Assembly: GCA_023818895.1 (NCBI GenBank)
Contig: JAMWCX010000001.1
Location: forward strand, 629,789-661,788
Length of the DNA: 32,000 nt
Direction of reading: 5' to 3'
Source of the DNA: Candidatus Omnitrophota bacterium
Lineage (GTDB): Bacteria > Omnitrophota > Gorgyraeia > 2-01-FULL-45-10
A model generated the notes under the pieces. The model saw nothing but the letters and a program-made list of their open reading frames with translations, was not told the origin of the DNA and ran no database searches. Made by a program: the position numbers and the translations under genes. Positions 24,545 through 32,000 of the stretch are shown one piece after another (position 1 is the first letter of the stretch; every line of letters starts with the position of its first letter).

Positions 24545-25476
24545 CCGCGAGGTCCTCTTTTAACGGCATCTTTCACTAATGTAATACACAAATCACCAAA
24601 ATTCAAGCCTATCGCCTCCGCCGCCTTAGGAAGAAGGCTCCGTTCGGTCATGCCCGGTATGGTGTTAGCCTCCAGCACGAACAGCCTTCCATCGGAGTTT
24701 AAGATCATATCTATTCTCGAAAAGCAACTGCAGCCGAGAGCCTTGTGAGATCGCCTACCAATCTCCTGCGATTCCTTGGATTGCGAGACCTTTATAGGGG
24801 CCGGAACCAGATATCTTGTTTCAGGATCATTGTACTTGGCGCTGTAATCGTATACGCCTGCCTTTGTGACTATCTCTATGACAGGCAAAGGCTCTTCATT
24901 CAGGATGCCTACAGTAAGCTCCCGGCCGTCAATAAATTCCTCGACCAATGCCTTCTCACTAAAAGACAGGGCCTTTTCCAAAGCGTCGGCAAGGCCTTTC
25001 TTGTCTCTTACAACTGAAAGCCCTATGCTTGAGCCCTCAAGATGCGGCTTGACGACCAGCGGAAAGCCGATCGAATCCGTATTAATCTCGCGGCATGACT
25101 CTTTGTCAACGACTATATGCCGCGGAACCAGTATGCCGGCCTTTGCGAGCACTCTCTTGGCCGCTATCTTATCAAGCGCAAGCCGGGAAGATTCCACTCC
25201 CGAGCCCGTATATGGAATACCTAACTCTTCAAGTATGCTCTGGACAGTGCCATCCTCGCCAAACCTTCCGTGCAAAACTATGAAGGCTACATCTATCGCG
25301 CTCTTCTTAATCACGTCGTAAACATCCTCACCAACATCCAGAAACACCGTATCAATACCTTTGGCTATGAGCGCATTATAAACGGCCTTACCGGACCTTA
25401 GGCTTATCTCCCTCTCATTCGACGGCCCTCCTGCGAGAACCCCGACTCTGCCTAAACTTTCTTTAAGATTCTTCAT
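24523..25476 (-). CDS. ddl: D-alanine--D-alanine ligase
   Basis: GGPSNEREISLRSG, VLHGRFGEDGTVQSILEELGIPYTGSGV, ATP-grasp segment PLVVKPHLEGSSIG and EANTIPGMT. Confidence 0.95.
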   Translation of the reverse strand: MKNLKESLGRVGVLAGGPSNEREISLRSGKAVYNALIAKGIDTVFLDVGEDVYDVIKKSAIDVAFIVLHGRFGEDGTVQSILEELGIPYTGSGVESSRLALDKIAAKRVLAKAGILVPRHIVVDKESCREINTDSIGFPLVVKPHLEGSSIGLSVVRDKKGLADALEKALSFSEKALVEEFIDGRELTVGILNEEPLPVIEIVTKAGVYDYSAKYNDPETRYLVPAPIKVSQSKESQEIGRRSHKALGCSCFSRIDMILNSDGRLFVLEANTIPGMTERSLLPKAAEAIGLNFGDLCITLVKDAVKRGPRGWEGRKR

Positions 25477-27791
25477 ATAACCTTGACTTCCATTTCAAGA
25501 TCGATACCGTAATTCTTCTTTACACTCTCTTTGACAATGGCGGCAAGCTCAAGCACGTCCTTACACGTGGCGCCGCCGTTATTGATGATGAAATTGGCGT
25601 GTTTTTCGGAGATCTGCGCCCCTCCCACCTTTTTACCCTTCAGGTGCAACATGTCTATCATCTGGCCGCAGGTGAACTGAAAGTTGTCAGGATTTTTGAA
25701 TATGCAGCCCGCGCTGGGCTTATCAAGAACCTGCTTTTCCATTTTTATCTTTAAGAATTTCGCGCATGCCGCCAGAAGGTTTTTCTTGTCACCTTTATAA
25801 AATTTAAGTTCCGCGGCCAGTATCACATACTTATCCAGATTTGAACAGCGGTAACCAAACTTTAGATCTTTTTTTCCTATAACGCGAGGCGTGCCGTCAA
25901 AATCCATGACTTTGACCGACTCAACAATCTCACCTATATTTCTGTACACGGGATTATTATAACCGCCGGCGTTCATGTATATAGCGCCACCGACAGTCCC
26001 GGGTATTCCTATAAGCGACTCAAGACCGGCAAGGGATTTTGAGCATGAAATCCTTACCAGCATAGGAAGGCTGTAACCAGCTCCAACAAATGCCCGTCTG
26101 CCTCGGAACGACAGCGTCTTAAACGCCGGCGAATTCAGGCAGATTACGATACCATCAAATCCGTTATCGCTGGCCAGCACATTAGAACCATTGCCAATAA
26201 CAAATAGCGGGATCTTCCTGTTCTTAGCAAATACGAGGATCTTCTTTAGGTCATCGGCATCCTTAGGCTCCACCCACAGGGCGGCGCGTCCGCCTATCTT
26301 GAACGAAGTATGGCGAGACAATTCCTCGTCTGGCTTGACCCTTCCCTTAATAAACGACTTCGTCTCTTTTACCAGATTGCCGGCAAGGGAAAACTTTCTG
26401 GTATCGCCAGGCTCCGCGGTCATCATTTCCGCGAGCCGATCCGCTACCACCTTTATGTCGCCCGCGCCTAGTATCAATATGATATCTCCCTTTCGCTTGA
26501 TTCGCATGAGGTATTCCGGTATCTTGCGCTTATCCATCACAAGGACATCATCAAGCTCGCTCGACCTCACTCTCTCAAGAATATTCAGAACGGAAACTCC
26601 TTTGATTGCCTTTTCGCTGGCAGCGTAGATGTCGGAGAGTATAAGCTTATCGACTCCCCCAAAACATTTCCCAAATTCATCGGCCAAAAGTTTAGTCCGC
26701 GTGTACCGGTGCGGTTGAAAAACCGCTATTATGCGCCGGCCCTTCCAGGTGCGGCAGGCGTCGAGAACGGCTTTTATTTCTGTAGGGTGGTGCGCGTAAT
26801 CATCTATCAACATCACGCCACCGCAATCAGCCCTGAGCTGGAAACGCCTTTTGACGCCATCGAAATCCTTTATGGCGCGAACCGCCTCTTTAAAAGAGAT
26901 ACCGGATTTTAAACCGACAAGTATAGCGGCCATGGCATTAAGAATATTATGCCTGCCGGGTATGCTGAGACTCACAGCGCCTAACACATTGTTCTTATAC
27001 ACGCATTTAAATGATGTTTTGAAACCTTCCATGCGAATATCAACAGGATACATATCCGCGTCTATTGAAAACCCAAAGCTCTCCGCCTGCTTCCTGAAGC
27101 CATTAAGCACGATGCGAGAGTTAAGGTCTTCTATATTATAAAAAACACATCCTCCTGGTTTTAGATTATTGATAAACGCGCGGAAGGAAGAGCGGATATG
27201 GTCAAGTGACCTAAAATGGTCGAGATGCTCCATCTCTATGTTAGTGATTATGGCGTAAAATGGTTTTAGATTAAGAAAGGAGCTATCGCTCTCATCGGCT
27301 TCTACTATAACGTATTCCTTCCTACCCAGCTTAGCATTGCCGTTGAATACGCTCACTTCGCCGCCTATGATAGCTGTCGGGTCAAGACCTGCTTTTTCGA
27401 ACATCACCGCTATAAGTGAGGTTGTGGTGGTCTTGCCGTGCGTACCGCTTACGGCTATTCCCTTTTTGCCGTTAAAAAGGCAGCCGAGCATCTGTGCTCT
27501 GTGCATAATACGCGCCCCACGCCTCAAAGCTTCCTTCATCTCTGGATTATCGTTGGAGATTGAAGAGGAATACACAACTATATCGATATCTGGAGGAAGA
27601 TTCGACGCCCTATGGCCTTCGAACACTCTGCCGCCCTCTGCCTCGAGCTTCTTCGTAAGGTGGTTTGCCTGGATATCCGAACCTGTGATGTCGTGGCCCA
27701 TATCCAGCACGACATGCGCGATGGCACTCATCCCTATGCCTCCGATACCTACGAAGTGGATCTTTTTTCTTTTACCTGTTAGATTTATCAT
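25473..27791 (-). CDS. murC-murB: Bifunctional MurC-MurB fusion: UDP-N-acetylmuramate--L-alanine ligase (aa ~1-465) fused to UDP-N-acetylenolpyruvoylglucosamine reductase (aa ~485-772)
   Basis: The MurC part has IHFVGIGGIGMSAIA, SGTHGKTTTTSLI, DDYAHHPTE and ILGAGDI. The MurB part has LSRHTSFKIGGRAALWV, VIGNGSNVL, IPGTVGGAIYMNAGGY, PSAGCIFKNP and GGAQISEKHANFIIN. It is one uninterrupted 772-codon frame. Confidence 0.93.
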   Translation of the reverse strand: MINLTGKRKKIHFVGIGGIGMSAIAHVVLDMGHDITGSDIQANHLTKKLEAEGGRVFEGHRASNLPPDIDIVVYSSSISNDNPEMKEALRRGARIMHRAQMLGCLFNGKKGIAVSGTHGKTTTTSLIAVMFEKAGLDPTAIIGGEVSVFNGNAKLGRKEYVIVEADESDSSFLNLKPFYAIITNIEMEHLDHFRSLDHIRSSFRAFINNLKPGGCVFYNIEDLNSRIVLNGFRKQAESFGFSIDADMYPVDIRMEGFKTSFKCVYKNNVLGAVSLSIPGRHNILNAMAAILVGLKSGISFKEAVRAIKDFDGVKRRFQLRADCGGVMLIDDYAHHPTEIKAVLDACRTWKGRRIIAVFQPHRYTRTKLLADEFGKCFGGVDKLILSDIYAASEKAIKGVSVLNILERVRSSELDDVLVMDKRKIPEYLMRIKRKGDIILILGAGDIKVVADRLAEMMTAEPGDTRKFSLAGNLVKETKSFIKGRVKPDEELSRHTSFKIGGRAALWVEPKDADDLKKILVFAKNRKIPLFVIGNGSNVLASDNGFDGIVICLNSPAFKTLSFRGRRAFVGAGYSLPMLVRISCSKSLAGLESLIGIPGTVGGAIYMNAGGYNNPVYRNIGEIVESVKVMDFDGTPRVIGKKDLKFGYRCSNLDKYVILAAELKFYKGDKKNLLAACAKFLKIKMEKQVLDKPSAGCIFKNPDNFQFTCGQMIDMLHLKGKKVGGAQISEKHANFIINNGGATCKDVLELAAIVKESVKKNYGIDLEMEVKVI

Positions 27792-28894
27792 ATTTTCTTT
27801 ACTTTGAACACTTCCTGCGCCATCAACTCTGATGCGCCAGGAATCGCAAGCTGCCTGGCGGCCTGACCCAAGTTCTTCAAAGCTTTCCTGTCATTGAAAA
27901 GACCTTCAATGGCCCTTGCAAACGACTCCGCGGAAAGATCTTTTTCATCTATATGCACCGCCGCCCCCTTCCTTGAAAAGACCAAGGCGTTCTCTGTCTG
28001 ATGGCTCATGGCAAAAGGGTACGGAATAAGTATCATCGGCTTCCCGAGAAACGCGAGTTCAAATATCGCCGAAGCGCCGGAACGCGTAACGACCAGGTCT
28101 GAGGCGCTGTAAGCCTCTTCTATCCTGTCAACAAAAGAATGTACCCTGTAATCGATACCCGTCTCGCTGTAAGCGCTTATCGCCCACTCGTAATCTTTGA
28201 CGCCTGTAATGTGTATCACCTGCAACGATCGCCGGACGCTGGGGTGGAGGCTAAATAAAGAGTCTATGAAGGTCCTATTTAACGCGTGGGAACCTTGGCT
28301 TCCGCCTATAACCAGAACTGTGAATTTATTTATATCGAGGCCAAACCTCCTAATCCCCCACGACCTATCGTCCTTAAATCTCTCTGTTCTGATGGGGTTT
28401 CCGATAAAGGCGGCCTTCGCGGCATTCCTCCCCAAATAAGGCCTTGTCTCCTCAAAGCTCAAGACTATCCTGTCTGCAAACCGGAAAAGAACTGAGTTTG
28501 CCCTGCCTGGCACCACGTTCTGCTCGTGAATCACTGAGCGAATGCCTTTTAAGCGAGCGGCAAGTAATACCGGAAAAGATATATAGCCGCCGAAACCGAC
28601 TACCACATCAGGCTTTTGGGCTGAGAGTATAACCAAGGACCTCCAAACATCCGAAAATAATTTGGCAAAGAAAGGTATCAGCGCAACTGAAGGCCTATAA
28701 GGTAATTTATTAGCTGAAAGGACAAAAAAGTTAACCCCCTCCTTCTCAAATATCCTTTTGTCCAGCGATTTATCACTTCCTATATACAATATATCCGCGT
28801 CATTATCTTTAGCCCTTATGGCTCGACCGAGCGCTATGGCCGGGAATATATGGCCGCCCGAACCACCGGCAGCTATGATTATTTTAAGCCCCAC
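27788..28894 (-). CDS. murG: Undecaprenyldiphospho-muramoylpentapeptide beta-N-acetylglucosaminyltransferase MurG
   Basis: AAGGSGGHIFPAIAL, GFGGY.S.P, IGGSQGS, SRSGASAIFEL and HQ.EN. Confidence 0.95.
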   Translation of the reverse strand: MGLKIIIAAGGSGGHIFPAIALGRAIRAKDNDADILYIGSDKSLDKRIFEKEGVNFFVLSANKLPYRPSVALIPFFAKLFSDVWRSLVILSAQKPDVVVGFGGYISFPVLLAARLKGIRSVIHEQNVVPGRANSVLFRFADRIVLSFEETRPYLGRNAAKAAFIGNPIRTERFKDDRSWGIRRFGLDINKFTVLVIGGSQGSHALNRTFIDSLFSLHPSVRRSLQVIHITGVKDYEWAISAYSETGIDYRVHSFVDRIEEAYSASDLVVTRSGASAIFELAFLGKPMILIPYPFAMSHQTENALVFSRKGAAVHIDEKDLSAESFARAIEGLFNDRKALKNLGQAARQLAIPGASELMAQEVFKVKKI

Positions 28895-28948
28895 ACTCTC
28901 TCCTAAACCGATAGTTTTCCTAAATAAGATACAGGTGTATATCGCCGT

Positions 28949-30046
28949 CTATTTTACCGCATCACAGCTTCTTGAAATGTTAAGCAGGATGCCGACGGCC
29001 ATAAGATGAAACACAAGCCCGCTTCCCCCGTAACTTATGAAAGGAAGCGGCAGCCCTTTAGTCGGAAGAGCGCCTGCGGTGACCCCTATGTTGATGATCG
29101 CCTCCAGCGCTATAAGCGAAACTATTCCGAAACTTAGAAGCCTCTCGAATGTATCAGGCGAGTGAAACGATATTTTCATTCCCTGCCAGACAAATAGAAT
29201 GAAAAGTGAAACTATAGAGACTGTGCCCAGGAATCCCATCTCCTCGCCTATAATTGAAAATATGAAGTCGGTATGTGAAGCCGGAAGGTAAAAAAGCTTC
29301 TGCCGGGATTGGCCAAGACCCACCCCGAATATTCCGCCCGAGCCAAGCGCTATGAACGATTGTATCACCTGAAAACCGGTTCCCCTTTTATCCGACCAGG
29401 GATTAAGGAATATCATCATCCTTTTTCTCCTGTATGGAACGCTGAAAAGAAGCATATAGAGCGCCGGAAGACTTGCCAGAACTGATCCTATAATGTAAAA
29501 AACCCTCACCCCTCCCACAAAAAGCATCATCACTGTTACCACGAATAGAGTCACTGCCGTGCCAAGATCCGGTTCCAGTAAAATAAGCCCAACGGTCAGG
29601 CCGAGAACAATCATTGTTGGAACGTATCCCTTCCAAAAACCCTTGATGATGTCTTTTTTCCGGGAAATCATATCGGCCATGTAGACAAGAAGCGCTATTT
29701 TTGCAAATTCCGATGGTTGAAAATTGACCATCCCCATCCTAAACCAGCGACGGGCACCGAATGTCTCCCTGCCGATATGCGGGATAAGAACCAGAACTAA
29801 AAGAACGAGTGATAATATCAAAAGCGGCCTTGAAGCATTCCTGAGAACATTTATATCGACAGACATCGAAACGAACATAAATCCTAAACCGATAATAAGG
29901 TATATGAAGTGCCTTTTTAGGAAATAGAGGCTGTCGCCCATGTTATTGTAAGCGTAAATGGCACTGGCGGAATATATCATAACTACTCCGACACATACCA
30001 GAATCGCGACTATAGTAAATATTGATATTCTTACGCTTCTCATCAT
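28949..30046 (-). CDS. ftsW: SEDS-family cell division protein FtsW (peptidoglycan glycosyltransferase / lipid II-associated)
   Basis: Ten-TM SEDS pattern with FQPSEFAKIALLVY, LEPDLGTAV, LPASHTDFIFSIIGEEMGF and PTKGLPLPFISYGGS. It lies between murD and murG. Confidence 0.92.
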   Translation of the reverse strand: MMRSVRISIFTIVAILVCVGVVMIYSASAIYAYNNMGDSLYFLKRHFIYLIIGLGFMFVSMSVDINVLRNASRPLLILSLVLLVLVLIPHIGRETFGARRWFRMGMVNFQPSEFAKIALLVYMADMISRKKDIIKGFWKGYVPTMIVLGLTVGLILLEPDLGTAVTLFVVTVMMLFVGGVRVFYIIGSVLASLPALYMLLFSVPYRRKRMMIFLNPWSDKRGTGFQVIQSFIALGSGGIFGVGLGQSRQKLFYLPASHTDFIFSIIGEEMGFLGTVSIVSLFILFVWQGMKISFHSPDTFERLLSFGIVSLIALEAIINIGVTAGALPTKGLPLPFISYGGSGLVFHLMAVGILLNISRSCDAVK

Positions 30047-31432
30047 TTATGTCTTTACGCCATGCAGCGAGTTCTTAAGCCTTTTAACGGCGTCTTTGAA
30101 AACGCGGCCGCGCTCTTCGTAGTTTTTAAACATATCGAAACTCGAACACATTGGAGACAGCAGCACTATCCATCCTTCCTTCGCCAGTTTGTGGGCTGTC
30201 TCAACGGCGTCGTACATATCATCGGCCTCATGTATTTCAACAGTATTTTTAAGCGCCTTCTTTATCATCGGCGCCGCCTCTCCCATTAGGACAACATGGG
30301 CCGCTTTTTTCTTTATCACATCTCGCGCCACACTATAATCACTATGTTTGTCCTTGCCGCCCGCTATCAGGATGACCGGCTTTTCACACGACTCAAGAGC
30401 GCGCTTAGCCGAATCCACAGTCGTACCCTTGGAGTCATTTATATACTCTACGCCGTTAATGGTGTCAACGGTTTCAAATCTGTGCTCAAGGCCCTTGAAA
30501 TTCTTTATCGCCTCCCTCATAGGCCCGTCCTCCACACCGACAAGGGCACCGACCAGGCTACACGCAAGGACATTTTCCAGGTTATGGACACCCTTAAGCT
30601 TTATGGCGACGACAGGCACTATCTCCCTTTCCTTCCCGTTAAGCCGGCAGCATACCCACTCATCCTTTACATAAGCGCTTATATTGTAGGTGTTGCCGGC
30701 GACTTTCTGCTTGCCGTAGAAAACCACGCGCGAGCGCGTCAATCCCTTAAGGCGCCTCAGGTTCTCGGCGTCGTAATTCAAAACAAGAATATCATCGGCC
30801 TGCTGATTGGAGAATATCCTGAGCTTGTAATTAAAATATTCGTAAAAAGTCCTGTAACGATCCCTATGGTCATCCGTTATATTCAGTATAACAGCTATAT
30901 GTGGCCTGAAACGTTCTATCCTCTCGAGCTGTGCCGAGCTTACCTCAAGAACAACCCATGTGTCATCCTTTATCTTAGAGACTTCTCCGCAAAGGGAGTT
31001 ACCTATGTTGCCGCACACCACTACCCTTTTATCGCCGGCCCGCAGAATCTCGCCGATAAGCGTGGTCACTGTGGATTTGCCATTCGTTCCGGTTATAGCT
31101 ATTATCCGCCCCCTGCAAAAAGCGTAACCCAATTCCATCTCGCTTATTATCGGAATCTTCTCCTTTAAAGCCCACTTAACGGCAGCGGACGAATTCTCCA
31201 CTCCTGGGCTGACAACAACAAGATCGCTTCCCTTCACAAAACACTCAGTGTGCTCTCCTATCTCGACTTCTATCCCTTTCGACTCGAGCTCGAGCTTTGC
31301 TTTCTTAAGCTCCGGTGTATTTGCCGAATCTGTAACAAAGACTTCCGCCCCTTTCTCCCTTGCCAAAAGCGCCGCGTTCAAACCGCTATTGCCAAGCCCT
31401 ATAACAGTCACCCTCTTATTTTTTATATCCAT
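30047..31432 (-). CDS. murD: UDP-N-acetylmuramoylalanine--D-glutamate ligase MurD
   Basis: VIGLGNSGLNAALLA, ITGTNGKSTV, NITDDHRDRY, DSKGTTVDSA and IAGGKDK. Confidence 0.95.
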   Translation of the reverse strand: MDIKNKRVTVIGLGNSGLNAALLAREKGAEVFVTDSANTPELKKAKLELESKGIEVEIGEHTECFVKGSDLVVVSPGVENSSAAVKWALKEKIPIISEMELGYAFCRGRIIAITGTNGKSTVTTLIGEILRAGDKRVVVCGNIGNSLCGEVSKIKDDTWVVLEVSSAQLERIERFRPHIAVILNITDDHRDRYRTFYEYFNYKLRIFSNQQADDILVLNYDAENLRRLKGLTRSRVVFYGKQKVAGNTYNISAYVKDEWVCCRLNGKEREIVPVVAIKLKGVHNLENVLACSLVGALVGVEDGPMREAIKNFKGLEHRFETVDTINGVEYINDSKGTTVDSAKRALESCEKPVILIAGGKDKHSDYSVARDVIKKKAAHVVLMGEAAPMIKKALKNTVEIHEADDMYDAVETAHKLAKEGWIVLLSPMCSSFDMFKNYEERGRVFKDAVKRLKNSLHGVKT

Positions 31433-31442
31433 TTTCGGCTCT

Positions 31443-32000
31443 CTATTGTAATTTTAATGTCGCGAGGCTGAATAATGTAAGCATTATCGCGACTATCCAG
31501 AACCTTATCGTTATCTTCGACTCTGACCACCCAAGAAGTTGAAAATGATGGTGTATTGGCGACATCAGAAAAAGCCTTCTTTTGGTAAGCTTAAGCAATA
31601 TCACCTGCAATACCACCGAAAGCGCCTCTATAACAAATATTCCACCTACGAGAAATAAAAGAAGCTCCTTTTTTATTAATATGGCAACCACGCCGAGCCC
31701 CCCACCGAGAGCCAGCGCCCCTGTATCTCCCATAAATATATTCGCCGGATACGCGTTGAACCACAAAAACCCCAGCCCCGCTCCTACCATGGCCGAGCAA
31801 AATATCGCAAGCTCGCCTGAGCCTTCCAGATAGAAGACGTTAAGATAATCGCTCACCTTGAAATTGCCAGCGATATAGCTTAGGATGGCGTAAGCTATAG
31901 CCGACACAACGGTGCAGCCTATCGCAAGTCCATCCAGCCCATCGGTAAGATTAACGGCGTTCGAGGCGCTCGTTACCACTATAATGACGAATAACGCGTA
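31443..32000 (-). CDS. mraY: Phospho-N-acetylmuramoyl-pentapeptide transferase MraY, C-terminal part (gene runs off the right edge)
   Basis: NAVNLTDGLDGLA, FMGDTGALALGG and SPIHHHFQLLGW. The frame stays open from 31979 to 32000 (YALFVIIVVTSASNAVN...), so the ORF-track GTG at 31979 is internal. Confidence 0.95.
   Translation of the reverse strand, partial: YALFVIIVVTSASNAVNLTDGLDGLAIGCTVVSAIAYAILSYIAGNFKVSDYLNVFYLEGSGELAIFCSAMVGAGLGFLWFNAYPANIFMGDTGALALGGGLGVVAILIKKELLLFLVGGIFVIEALSVVLQVILLKLTKRRLFLMSPIHHHFQLLGWSESKITIRFWIVAIMLTLFSLATLKLQ

Noticed and set aside
30296-31168. 290-aa plus-strand ORF antisense to murD
   Set aside because: It lies fully inside a gene with unambiguous MurD motifs on the opposite strand. 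Its translation is low-complexity and rich in Tyr, Leu, Arg and Ile, with no recognisable motif and no Shine-Dalgarno. It is a typical shadow ORF.
1-32000. Mobile elements, prophage, defence islands, CRISPR arrays, tRNA/rRNA genes
   Set aside because: There are no transposase, integrase or Cas-like ORFs. I found no direct-repeat arrays, no spacer longer than about 330 nt and no cloverleaf-capable sequence in the intergenic regions. The window reads as conserved core genome.

Overview
This is a dense core-genome window with about 30 protein genes, all but two on the minus strand and many with overlapping start and stop codons. I saw no rRNA or tRNA genes, CRISPR arrays, transposases or integrases.

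Gene content by block:
- **Left edge to 4.7 kb:** an FmdB-type zinc-ribbon gene start, then a heat-shock operon hrcA-grpE-dnaK-dnaJ with a perfect CIRCE operator.
- **4.8-7.0 kb:** hflX and miaA.
- **7.0-12.8 kb (envelope block):** a TPR/SPOR protein, EpsI and a minimal exosortase on the minus strand. A secreted TPR protein and a membrane-anchored sulfatase-like/TPR protein are transcribed divergently; these are the only plus-strand genes.
- **12.8-22.5 kb:** miaB, then two paralogous pairs of soluble PAS histidine kinase plus single-domain receiver. A 56-codon DUF2934-like ORF, missing from the ORF track, lies between the pairs. A eukaryote-type hexokinase sits upstream of the second kinase, 1 nt from its likely start codon. 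Upstream again are greA, a PurF-like protein whose N-terminal Cys is Ser, and an RluA-family pseudouridine synthase.
- **22.6-32.0 kb (dcw cluster):** mraY(partial)-murD-ftsW-murG-murC::murB fusion-ddl-ftsQ-ftsA. No ftsZ follows ftsA.

The taxon cannot be determined here. The exosortase, the Mur fusion and the missing ftsZ are compatible with a PVC-like or candidate-phylum lineage, but that is only a guess.

Observations most worth following up:
1. A short FtsA that lacks most of subdomain 2B, together with no ftsZ at the canonical position.
2. An exosortase/EpsI pair outside any EPS locus, next to TPR proteins and a sulfatase-like domain whose metal ligands are substituted.
3. The PurF-like Cys1->Ser protein.
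4. The hexokinase-kinase-receiver-DUF2934-kinase-receiver chain with a shared C-x10-C-x2-C PAS motif.
5. Several perfect -10 boxes that abut start codons, which suggests leaderless mRNAs.

All family assignments rest on motif recognition by eye. No database search was run.
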